Shown here: positions 19,387 through 27,516 of the stretch, piece by piece
Layout of the letters: every line of letters begins with the position of its first letter
Numbering within the stretch: the first letter of the stretch is position 1
Source: Spirochaetia bacterium
GTDB taxonomy: Bacteria > Spirochaetota > Spirochaetia > CADAEX01
Direction: 5' to 3'
Length of the DNA stretch: 64,000 nucleotides
Assembly: GCA_045606105.1 (NCBI GenBank)
Contig: JAZURI010000002.1
Coordinates: forward strand, 155,230 to 219,229
Notes under the pieces: model-generated
Told to the model about the DNA's origin: nothing
Database searches by the model: none
Seen by the model: the letters and a program-made list of their open reading frames with translations, nothing else
Position numbers and translations under genes: made by a program

Positions 19387-20675
19387 ATAACCTCACCTTT
19401 AAGAGTATTACCCACAGCGGAAACAATTTTCACATCCATGAATGTTCCTATTTTATCACATTTTTCTGCAAATACAACCATATCATCCCCTTCAGTTCTT
19501 CCCAGAAGCTCTTTTTCATCCTTTTTGGAGACAGATTCAACAAGAACCCTTCTTACTGAACCGACCTTGCTTTCCTTCAGCTCTCCGCTTATCCTGTGCT
19601 GGAGTGAAATGATCCTGTCCAGACGGGCCAGCTTGATTTCGTGAGGAACGCTGTCAGGCAATGTACAGGCCTTTGTTCCCTCCCTGGGATTGTAATAATA
19701 GGTATATGCATCGGAATACCTGACCTTTTCCATAAGCTCGGCAGTGGCAAGCCAGTCCTCCTCCTTTTCCCCCGGAAACCCGATGAGAATATCGGTGGTC
19801 AGGGATACGCCCCTTATCTTTTCCTTTATTTCGGCAATGATATCGAGATAACGGCCGGAGGTATATTTTCTGTTCATAAGCTCCAGGATCCTGTCGCTGC
19901 CGTGCTGTACCGGAAGATGGATATGGCTGCAGATCTGCGGATATTCCGCTATGGTATCGATAAGGTCGGAGCCGAAATCCTTAGGGTGGGATGACATGAA
20001 CCTTATCCAGCCCACGGATGAGATATTCTCGCAGGTAAGCTTCAGCAATGTGGCAAAATCTATCTCCTTTCCCTTATAAAATCCACGGTAGGAGTTTACA
20101 TTCTGTCCCAGGAAGGTAATCTCCTTTACCCCCTTGCTGTCCAGAAAGCGGACCTCGTTGATAACAGCCTCGGCATCCCTTGAAATCTCCCTTCCCCGTA
20201 CATACGGAACAATACAATAGGAACAGAAATTGTTGCAGCCGTGCATTATCGGCACAAAGGCCTTGAAGCTGCTGCCGTCGGAATGGTAATCCATGAATAC
20301 ATATTTGTCGGAAGCCTTTTTTTCAGGGATTGAATCCAGATACTCCAGGATATTGTTCTTTTCAAAGGTTCCCAGTACATAATCCACAGTTCCCTTTCCT
20401 TCCCTGAGCAGCTCCTCCTTGATACGCTCTGCCATACATCCTATTATGACAAGCCTGAAATCAGAGCTTTTTTTCAGTCTCCTGAAATAACCGATACGTC
20501 CCCATATCCTGTCCTCTGCAGTCTTGCGTACAGAGCATGTGTTTATGATAACCAGATCGGCATCTGCATCCTTTGCACAGGGCTCCCAGCCCCTTTTCCT
20601 GAGGAGAAGCTCCAGCGAGTCTGATTCTGCCTTGTTCATCTGGCAGCCGTATGTTTCAAGCCAATATTTATTCAT
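19383..20675 (-). CDS. miaB: tRNA-2-methylthio-N6-dimethylallyladenosine synthase (radical SAM methylthiotransferase)
   Basis: 430 aa. UPF0004 N-domain, the radical-SAM CxxxCxxC (CNNFCSYC) and a TRAM C-domain. Confidence 0.85.
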   Translation of the reverse strand: MNKYWLETYGCQMNKAESDSLELLLRKRGWEPCAKDADADLVIINTCSVRKTAEDRIWGRIGYFRRLKKSSDFRLVIIGCMAERIKEELLREGKGTVDYVLGTFEKNNILEYLDSIPEKKASDKYVFMDYHSDGSSFKAFVPIMHGCNNFCSYCIVPYVRGREISRDAEAVINEVRFLDSKGVKEITFLGQNVNSYRGFYKGKEIDFATLLKLTCENISSVGWIRFMSSHPKDFGSDLIDTIAEYPQICSHIHLPVQHGSDRILELMNRKYTSGRYLDIIAEIKEKIRGVSLTTDILIGFPGEKEEDWLATAELMEKVRYSDAYTYYYNPREGTKACTLPDSVPHEIKLARLDRIISLQHRISGELKESKVGSVRRVLVESVSKKDEKELLGRTEGDDMVVFAEKCDKIGTFMDVKIVSAVGNTLKGEVI

Positions 20676-21387
20676 CTGTTTTCTCTTTTATGAATTTTCT
20701 AACAAGTTCCCAGTCATTGTCAATAGGGACAACAATCCAGGCCCCCTTATCAAAATCCTCATCCACATCGGAAGCCTTTAATCCGTGATGGAGAAGATTT
20801 GAATAGGTTTCGTAAAGAACATTACCCGTCCCCAGGGAAATATTCCTGATTTTCTCTATTTTACCCATGGTCCGGTAAAGTGTGTAGGCCTCTTTAAGGG
20901 AAATATCGGTTTTTGTATATCTGAAGCCGATTCTGATTATGCTGCCCAGTTTTCCGATATCTGCAACACCTATTTCCCCCAGCTTATCCTTAACTGCCAT
21001 AAGAATCTTCTGCTGTCGGTAATCCCTGGAAAAAACAGGAGTAAAATGGCGTGCCCTGGCTATTCTCAGAGCCTCTATTCCGTTTACATGATGAATTCCG
21101 GCAGGATAAAACAGTGTGGTCCAGTTGCCGTTTTCATCCCTTACCCTGTAGGTAGGATCCACAAGGGGCTCCTCCAGCTCAACATCTATTCCTCCGAGAA
21201 CATTAACCAGTTCCACAAAAGCATACATGTCCACCACCGCATGGCGGTTTATTTCAAGCCCCGTGATTTCCGAAACAGTTCCGGCCAGGGTTTCTATACC
21301 GTAGGTTCCGTAAAGGCTGTTTATTTTCTTTTTTTTGTGGTAAAGGTCTCGCGGAATACTGATAAGATTTGCATAATTTCTTTCCAT
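20668..21387 (-). CDS. LCP (LytR-CpsA-Psr) family domain ORF; the 3' fragment of a frameshifted LCP gene
   Basis: The 239 aa ORF starts MERNYANLISIPRD (the LCP SIPRD motif). Upstream of its ATG the same frame continues without a start codon as NILVCGTNQNNTDAIIIVSLD, which is the beginning of the LCP domain, back to the A9 tract at 21472-21480. Confidence 0.6.
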   Translation of the reverse strand: MERNYANLISIPRDLYHKKKKINSLYGTYGIETLAGTVSEITGLEINRHAVVDMYAFVELVNVLGGIDVELEEPLVDPTYRVRDENGNWTTLFYPAGIHHVNGIEALRIARARHFTPVFSRDYRQQKILMAVKDKLGEIGVADIGKLGSIIRIGFRYTKTDISLKEAYTLYRTMGKIEKIRNISLGTGNVLYETYSNLLHHGLKASDVDEDFDKGAWIVVPIDNDWELVRKFIKEKTDE

Positions 21388-21467
21388 ATCAAGAGATACA
21401 ATTATTATGGCATCGGTATTGTTCTGATTTGTCCCGCAGACCAGTATGTTGAACAGGTTATCTGAGT

Positions 21468-22574
21468 TCAGTTTTTTTTTACCGATGAGATAATCACATT
21501 ATCCTTGTCAAATATGTATATTTCCCCGGTGCTTTTCTCCATGGAGATCTTGCCGGCCCGGCGACCGGTACTGTCGGTAATGACAAAATCGTAGCTGTCC
21601 TCAGTTTCGGAAGGTTTTGGGGAGATTACGCAGCCTCGGATGTCAAGAAAGCTTCTGAAGGAGTCATCGTTTACCATGTATTTAAGCTCCTCCAACTTTG
21701 AAACCGCCTTTTTTTCCGCAACTGTACGGATATCGAAATGAGAATCTATGTTGAAAAGCCTTTCCTTTAGCTCATGAAGCGTACAGACTGTATCACCGAG
21801 GGTAAAGGCTCCGTTTCCGAAGCTGAATACAGCAGAACAGAGAGTGGAACCGTCGGAACGGTGAATATCATACCCTTTACTTTGATAATCATCCTGTTTT
21901 TCCTTGAGATAAAGCTTTTTTTCTTTGAGATAAGATGAAAGGGCAGGATCTTCCATTATGGCTTCAAAATCCCCCAGAAGAGGAAAAACCGCACTGAATC
22001 TTTTTGCAGTGCCGTCGTAATGCCTTTCCAGGAAGTTTCTGATATCATCGGTTCCGTTCAGAACAGCGGAATCTGAACCGTTATGGGTTTCTGCCGTTAT
22101 TTTATCCGAAACGGAAACAGTAAAGAATGCTGCTCCGCCGGACAGGAGAAATATCCTGTTTCCCCGCAGAACAGGTGTCAGGCCGTATTTTTCATACAGC
22201 CGGAGAGCATCTTCCCCTTCAGAATAAAGAAGAAGAGCCTCCCTGAGCCTGGCCTCTCCGTACTCGCTGAGAAGCCTGTCCACCGCATTGTAATAAAGGG
22301 CGTAGTCTGAACCGTCATTTTTATCTGATTCTCCGGAAGGCAGGGTGTTACCATAGGAATTTGTCTTCAGACCGAGAAATTCCCTGACCTCGTTAAGGTC
22401 ATCCCCCAGCCCGTCAACCGAAAAGTCCAGCTGATTAAGATTTCCGGCCGTCTCCTTTATTTCGGTATAAAGCCGGTTTACTGCACGGTAGGTCCGGTAA
22501 TTGAAAAAAAACAGACTTCCCACACAGATCAGGGCAAGGGTAATGATTACTGCATTACGGAGCCTTCCTCTCAT
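21468..22574 (-). CDS. N-terminal membrane-anchored region of the LCP-family protein, in the 5' reading frame (ORF ends at the A9 tract)
   Basis: 368 aa. An N-terminal TM segment (AVIITLALICVGSLFFF) then a large extracytoplasmic region. The ORF terminates ...SSVKKN* immediately after AAAAAAAAAC. Confidence 0.55.
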   Translation of the reverse strand: MRGRLRNAVIITLALICVGSLFFFNYRTYRAVNRLYTEIKETAGNLNQLDFSVDGLGDDLNEVREFLGLKTNSYGNTLPSGESDKNDGSDYALYYNAVDRLLSEYGEARLREALLLYSEGEDALRLYEKYGLTPVLRGNRIFLLSGGAAFFTVSVSDKITAETHNGSDSAVLNGTDDIRNFLERHYDGTAKRFSAVFPLLGDFEAIMEDPALSSYLKEKKLYLKEKQDDYQSKGYDIHRSDGSTLCSAVFSFGNGAFTLGDTVCTLHELKERLFNIDSHFDIRTVAEKKAVSKLEELKYMVNDDSFRSFLDIRGCVISPKPSETEDSYDFVITDSTGRRAGKISMEKSTGEIYIFDKDNVIISSVKKN

Positions 22575-23830
22575 TAATGCCTGAAACTCCTCTGGCCGGT
22601 ATAAACCATGGCGGCATTGAATTCGTTGCAGGCCTCGATGGATTCAAAATCCCTGAGGGATCCGCCCGGCTGAACCACGGCTGTTACCCCTTCCTTAAGC
22701 CCGATATCGATTCCGTCCCTGAACGGGAAGAAGGCATCGGAAACCATGATGCTTCCCTTGAGACCGCCGTTTTCAGCCTTTACCACATCCTCGATTGCCT
22801 TTCTCTTGTCAGGATCTGTAAGGTTATACCAGGATTTTGCATAAAGATCCCAACAGATTCTGTCACACATTTTCTTGTAGGCCTTGTCTCTTGCAATTTC
22901 TGCAACACCTACCCTGTCCTGCTCTCCGGTACCGATTCCCACTGTAACGCCGTCCTTTACATAGATGACGGAGTTGCTGGTTACACCGCTTTCAACAAGC
23001 CAGCCGAAGATGATATCGTCGAATTCCTTGTCTGTAGGAGCTCTGTTTACCCTGTATTCCTGACCCTTGTATTCGCATACCGCAGGGAGGAAATCCTCTT
23101 TCTTTCTTGCAACCGGAAGATAGGACCACTGGGTAATGATTCCGCCGTCAAGAATGGACTTGAAATCGAGGAAACGGGTATATGCAAACTCATGGAGCCT
23201 GTCGATATTCTTTATGCGCATAACACGGAGATTCTTCTTGGACTGGAAAAGCTCGAATGCCTTAGGTGAGAATTCAGGTGCGGCAACAACCTCCACATAT
23301 CCTTCGCATACCTGCTCTGCAGTTTCGATATCCACCTCGCGGTTAAGGATTACCGCACCGCCGAAGGCTGCAATCCTGTCTGCCATAAGGGACTTATGGA
23401 ATGCATCCACAAGAGTTTCTCCCTTGGCTACACCGGACGGGTTGTTGTGCTTGATGATGACACTGCATGGTGTATCCTGGAAAAAGCGGAGAATGTTAAG
23501 ACCGTTGTCTACATCTGTGATATTGATCTTTCCGGGATGCTTGCCGGACTGAAGAAGCTCCACATCGGAAGCAAGGTACTTTCCGTTCAGGACAGTTTCC
23601 ACACCGCCGATGGAAAGGTTGCCGTTGATAAGCTTGTACATGGCTGCAGGCTGATCAGGGTTTTCCCCGTATCTGAGTCCCAGTCTTTCCCCGCCGATGT
23701 CCCACTGCACCTTCTCGTAGCACAGGGTCTGCTTTCCGGCCTCTCCCCTGAAGGAAATATCCATGAATTCAGGAAAGGCGTCCTTGTTGATGTTCTTATA
23801 CATATCCTTGAGATTTTCTGCCATTTTCAT
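22574..23830 (-). CDS. purH: AICAR transformylase domain protein (C-terminal half of the canonical bifunctional PurH), a separate ORF
   Basis: 418 aa. LRYGENPDQPAAMY, ...SDAFFPFRDGIDIGLKEGVTAVVQPGGSLRD and ...TGQRSFRH match the PurH AICARFT domain through to the C-terminal RHFRH-type end. Confidence 0.8.
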   Translation of the reverse strand: MKMAENLKDMYKNINKDAFPEFMDISFRGEAGKQTLCYEKVQWDIGGERLGLRYGENPDQPAAMYKLINGNLSIGGVETVLNGKYLASDVELLQSGKHPGKINITDVDNGLNILRFFQDTPCSVIIKHNNPSGVAKGETLVDAFHKSLMADRIAAFGGAVILNREVDIETAEQVCEGYVEVVAAPEFSPKAFELFQSKKNLRVMRIKNIDRLHEFAYTRFLDFKSILDGGIITQWSYLPVARKKEDFLPAVCEYKGQEYRVNRAPTDKEFDDIIFGWLVESGVTSNSVIYVKDGVTVGIGTGEQDRVGVAEIARDKAYKKMCDRICWDLYAKSWYNLTDPDKRKAIEDVVKAENGGLKGSIMVSDAFFPFRDGIDIGLKEGVTAVVQPGGSLRDFESIEACNEFNAAMVYTGQRSFRH

Positions 23831-23834
23831 ATCC

Positions 23835-24512
23835 TTAGTGAAGATTATAGATTCCGGCAGCCTTTTCTGCTGTTATGCCGGAAAGGTAGTTGATGATAGC
23901 TGTATCGTATGCTGATGTCTTTCCGAAAGTAACCTTTGCAAGGCGGAATCTTTCGGCCAGAGCCATTTCACCGTTGTTAGCCTCCAGATGGCTGATGATT
24001 GCACCGTATTCTGCAGGATCTGCAACAGAAGCAACCCTGAGGTAGTTCTTGGCTGATGCCCTCAGCATGCAAGGTCCGCCGATATCGATGTTTCCTCTTG
24101 CATTTTCAGGAGTTGCATCTGCCTTTGCAACAGTCTTTTCAAAAGGATAGAGATTCACGACAATCATGTCGAAAACTGTAGCCTCTGTTCTGGCAATATC
24201 CTTCTTATGCTCTTCGTTGTAGGTTTCGCTGAGGATTCCCAGATAGATCTTGAAATCAAGGGTCTTAACCAGACCGCCCTGCATTTCAGGCTGCTTTGTA
24301 TAATCGGAAACCTGAATAAGTGTTCCCTCTGCCTTATCGCCAAGAACATCCCTGATATAGGTATATGTTCCGCCGGTGGAGTAGATTCTGATGTCAGGAT
24401 TGATGCAAACCAGCTTCCTTACAAATTCGTCCAGACCTGTCTTGTCTGAAACACTGATAAGGACATTTCTGATTTTTACCTTATCATCGATTTCTGTTAC
24501 GTTGTTGATCAT
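23835..24512 (-). CDS. purH: IMP cyclohydrolase (MGS-like) domain protein (N-terminal half of canonical PurH), a separate ORF
   Basis: I started at MINNV, with GAGGT 8 nt upstream. VLISVSDKTGL, IYSTGGT, VKTLDFKIYLGIL, VVNLYPF and NIDIGGPCMLRASAKN match the PurH IMPCH domain. The ORF ends 4 nt before the AICARFT ORF begins. Confidence 0.8.
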   Translation of the reverse strand: MINNVTEIDDKVKIRNVLISVSDKTGLDEFVRKLVCINPDIRIYSTGGTYTYIRDVLGDKAEGTLIQVSDYTKQPEMQGGLVKTLDFKIYLGILSETYNEEHKKDIARTEATVFDMIVVNLYPFEKTVAKADATPENARGNIDIGGPCMLRASAKNYLRVASVADPAEYGAIISHLEANNGEMALAERFRLAKVTFGKTSAYDTAIINYLSGITAEKAAGIYNLH

Positions 24513-24534
24513 AGTTTTACCTCTGTTTATATGT

Positions 24535-27252
24535 TTATGCACCGTGACAATGCTTGAACTTTTTTCCGCTTCCGCATGGGCATGGATCATTTCTTCCCAC
24601 CTTAGGGGTTGATCTTACCACCTGTATCTGTTTTCCGTCAGGCTGCTGAGGTGCCCTTCCCTGAGCCACATTCCTGTGTGCCGCAAACTGTGCCGATTCC
24701 TGGTGTGTAGCCACGGAGGCACTTCTCTGTCTCGGCTTTTCCTCATATTTTTCAATCCGTACATTGATTACCTTTCTGGCAATGATACGCCTTATATCCT
24801 CAATCATTTTGTCGAAAATATCGAAGCCTTCCAGCTTGTACTCCAGCAGCGGGTTCTTCTGGCCGTAGGTACGGAGATTCACCGCCTCCTTCAGGGCATC
24901 AAGAGCCTCCAGATGCTCCTGCCACTTGATATCGATGATCCTGAGATATTCCATCTTGGCAAACATGTTGAAATCATCCCTTCCTACCTTTTCAGCCTTG
25001 CTGTCCAGGTCATCGGAAATATATTTTACTATTGCTTCCTTCAGCTGCTCCGGAGTTTCGTAGGACGAAACATCAAGAACGCTGTCCGCATTGAAGAAAA
25101 GCTTTTCCCTGAAGCTCTCCAGCGCTTCCGGAATATCGGACTGCTCCTTGACCTTATCGAAGAACTCATCGGCAAAATCCTTTATGATGCCTTTGATCCT
25201 GTCAAGGAAATTCATGTCTGCAATGACATCCTCCCTCTGGGAATAGATGAACTTTCTGTGTTCGCTGAGAACATTGTCGTAATCGAGAAGATGCTTTCTG
25301 ATTTCGTAGTTTCTTTCCTCAACCTTCTTCTGGGCATTTTCTATGGATTTGCTTATCCATGGGTGACGGATTGGCTCGTTGTCCTTCATTCCCACCTTTG
25401 CCATCATGGATTTGAGGTTGTCACCGCCGAAAAGTCTCATGAGGGTATCGTCCAGAGAGATATAGAACCTGGATTTTCCCGGGTCTCCCTGACGTCCTGA
25501 ACGACCTCTCAGCTGGTTGTCGATTCGTCTTGATTCATGTCTTTCGGTACCGATAACATAAAGACCGCCCAGGGACTTGATCTCTTCGTAGTCCTTTCTC
25601 CATTTGACCATGGCCTTTTCCAGGGCCTTTTCAAATTCCTCCGGAGTTGCCTCTGTACCGGCATTTTTACGGGCTATGTATTCAGGGTTTCCACCAAGCT
25701 TGATGTCTGTACCGCGTCCTGCCATGTTTGTAGCAATGGTTACCGCACCTTTTGCACCGGCTCCTGAGATAATCATGGCTTCGCGGGCATGGTTCTTGGC
25801 ATTGAGCACCTCATGCCTGATTCCCCGTCTGCTGAGCAGCGAGGAAAGGAGCTCCGACTTCTCGATGGAAACGGTTCCCACCAGTACCGGCTGTCCCTTT
25901 TTGTAGACTGATTCTATCTCATCACAGATAGCCTTGAACTTTATCTCCTCGTTAAGATAGATCTCATCATCCATGTCCTTTCTGGCCACCGGACGGTTTG
26001 TAGGGATTACAACCACATCCAGGTCATATATCTTGGTAAATTCCCTGGCTTCGGTATCGGCTGTACCGGTCATACCGGAAAGCTTGTCATACATCTTGAA
26101 GTAATTCTGGAAGGTGATGGTGGCGTGGGTCCTGTTCTTTCTGGCTACCTTGATCTTTTCCTTTGCCTCTATGGCCTGATGGAGACCGTCGGAATAACGG
26201 CGTCCCGAAAGGATACGACCTGTGAATTCGTCAACAATCTGTACCTGCCCCTCCTGAACCACATAATCCACATCAAGATGGAAAAGCTTATGAGCCTTGA
26301 GAGCCTGTGTAAAATAATGGATATATTCAAAGTTTTCGTCTGAAAAGAGAGAGCCTTCAATAAAATGATACTTGAGGAGGAGGCTCTCGATCTTGTTCAT
26401 ACCCTCATCGGTAAAGGTAACATGCTTTGTCTTTTCCTGAAGCTTGAAATCCCCTTTGAGAAGAGCATCCTCCTCCGGATAGGTTCCTGTTTCGGGATCC
26501 TTTTCGCATTCAACCAGGAACGGAACCAGTTTGTCCACCTGATAGAACTTTTCGGTATCATCCTCGGCCGCACCGGAAATGATAAGCGGAGTTCTGGCCT
26601 CGTCGATGAGGATGGAGTCGATTTCGTCCACAATGGCAAAGCTGTGACCTCTCTGTACCCGCTGGGAATTGTTCCAGCGCATGTTGTCACGGAGATAATC
26701 GAAACCCAGCTCATTGTTTGTGGCATAGGTGATATCACATTCATAGGCCTTTCTCTTGGCCTCAAAATCCATGTTGGAAAGAACGGTACCTACGGTTATG
26801 CCGAGAAAGTTGTGGACCCGTCCCATCCACTGGGCATCACGCTCGGCAAGATAGTCGTTGACAGTGACGATATGGACTCCCTTTCCCGAAAGTGCATTGA
26901 GGTATGCGGCCGTGATACTGGCCAGAGTCTTTCCTTCACCGGTCTTCATTTCGGTGATCTTTCCCTGATGGAGAACTATTCCTCCGAGAATCTGTACATC
27001 GTACGGTCTCTCTCCCAGAACCCTTCTTGCAGCCTCACGGCAGAGGGCAAAAGCTTCCGGCAGGATATCATCCAGGGTCTCTCCCGCAGAAAGACGCTTC
27101 CTGAAATCCTCAGTAATGCCTTTAAAGTCTTCATCCCGCAGGGACAGGGCCCAGGCCTCCTTTGCATTGACCTGATGCAGCAACGGCAGCAAAGACTTTA
27201 GGTCTTTATCATGCTTGGACCCGAAAATGGCCTCAACAACTTTATCCAGCAT
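24535..27252 (-). CDS. secA: Preprotein translocase ATPase SecA
   Basis: 905 aa. DEAD-like motor ([16 protein letters not shown]), the preprotein cross-linking domain, and a C-terminal zinc-binding tail [14 protein letters not shown]. Confidence 0.9.
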   Translation of the reverse strand: MLDKVVEAIFGSKHDKDLKSLLPLLHQVNAKEAWALSLRDEDFKGITEDFRKRLSAGETLDDILPEAFALCREAARRVLGERPYDVQILGGIVLHQGKITEMKTGEGKTLASITAAYLNALSGKGVHIVTVNDYLAERDAQWMGRVHNFLGITVGTVLSNMDFEAKRKAYECDITYATNNELGFDYLRDNMRWNNSQRVQRGHSFAIVDEIDSILIDEARTPLIISGAAEDDTEKFYQVDKLVPFLVECEKDPETGTYPEEDALLKGDFKLQEKTKHVTFTDEGMNKIESLLLKYHFIEGSLFSDENFEYIHYFTQALKAHKLFHLDVDYVVQEGQVQIVDEFTGRILSGRRYSDGLHQAIEAKEKIKVARKNRTHATITFQNYFKMYDKLSGMTGTADTEAREFTKIYDLDVVVIPTNRPVARKDMDDEIYLNEEIKFKAICDEIESVYKKGQPVLVGTVSIEKSELLSSLLSRRGIRHEVLNAKNHAREAMIISGAGAKGAVTIATNMAGRGTDIKLGGNPEYIARKNAGTEATPEEFEKALEKAMVKWRKDYEEIKSLGGLYVIGTERHESRRIDNQLRGRSGRQGDPGKSRFYISLDDTLMRLFGGDNLKSMMAKVGMKDNEPIRHPWISKSIENAQKKVEERNYEIRKHLLDYDNVLSEHRKFIYSQREDVIADMNFLDRIKGIIKDFADEFFDKVKEQSDIPEALESFREKLFFNADSVLDVSSYETPEQLKEAIVKYISDDLDSKAEKVGRDDFNMFAKMEYLRIIDIKWQEHLEALDALKEAVNLRTYGQKNPLLEYKLEGFDIFDKMIEDIRRIIARKVINVRIEKYEEKPRQRSASVATHQESAQFAAHRNVAQGRAPQQPDGKQIQVVRSTPKVGRNDPCPCGSGKKFKHCHGA

Positions 27253-27410
27253 ATAATCCTCCGAAAATATAATACAGCAAAACTACCTAATACACAAGTA
27301 AACTGTAAAATTTTAAAATTTTATTAAACCTTGGAGCAGGAATTCCGATATATATAATGTCGAGGAAATATAGTTCCCCTCCCAGTTAACTATATTCAAG
27401 TCGATTCTTC

Positions 27411-27440
27411 GGGCTGATTGAAAAATCAGCCTTTTTTTTT
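27411..27440 (+). terminator. Rho-independent terminator on the plus strand (GGCTGATT-gaaa-AATCAGCC followed by T9)
   Basis: Perfect 8-bp stem, 4-nt loop, then nine T residues on the + strand. No annotated + strand gene lies upstream, so it may end a small RNA or form the other half of a bidirectional terminator. Confidence 0.45.
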
Positions 27441-27452
27441 ATCCCTGAAGAC

Positions 27453-27485
27453 AAAAAAAAACCTTGGTCCGACATAGGACCAAGG
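27453..27485 (-). terminator. Rho-independent terminator of the EF-G paralog gene (CCTTGGTCC stem, T9 on the minus strand)
   Basis: On the minus strand GGACCAAGG-tatgtc-CCTTGGTCC is followed by nine T residues, about 32 nt downstream of the stop at 27517. Confidence 0.6.
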
Positions 27486-27516
27486 AGTTTGTCAATAGAG
27501 TTAAATCAAGGATAAA

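Larger units (their letters stand above)
20668..22574 (-). pseudogene. LCP-family cell-envelope phosphotransferase gene interrupted by a frameshift in an A9 (coding-strand) homopolymer; may be a sequencing error or a phase-variable tract
   Basis: Two consecutive same-strand ORFs in different frames. Inserting one A (A10) fuses them in frame: ...SSVKKK-LNSDNLFNILVCGTNQNNTDAIIIVSLDMERNYANLISIPRD... Confidence 0.55.
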
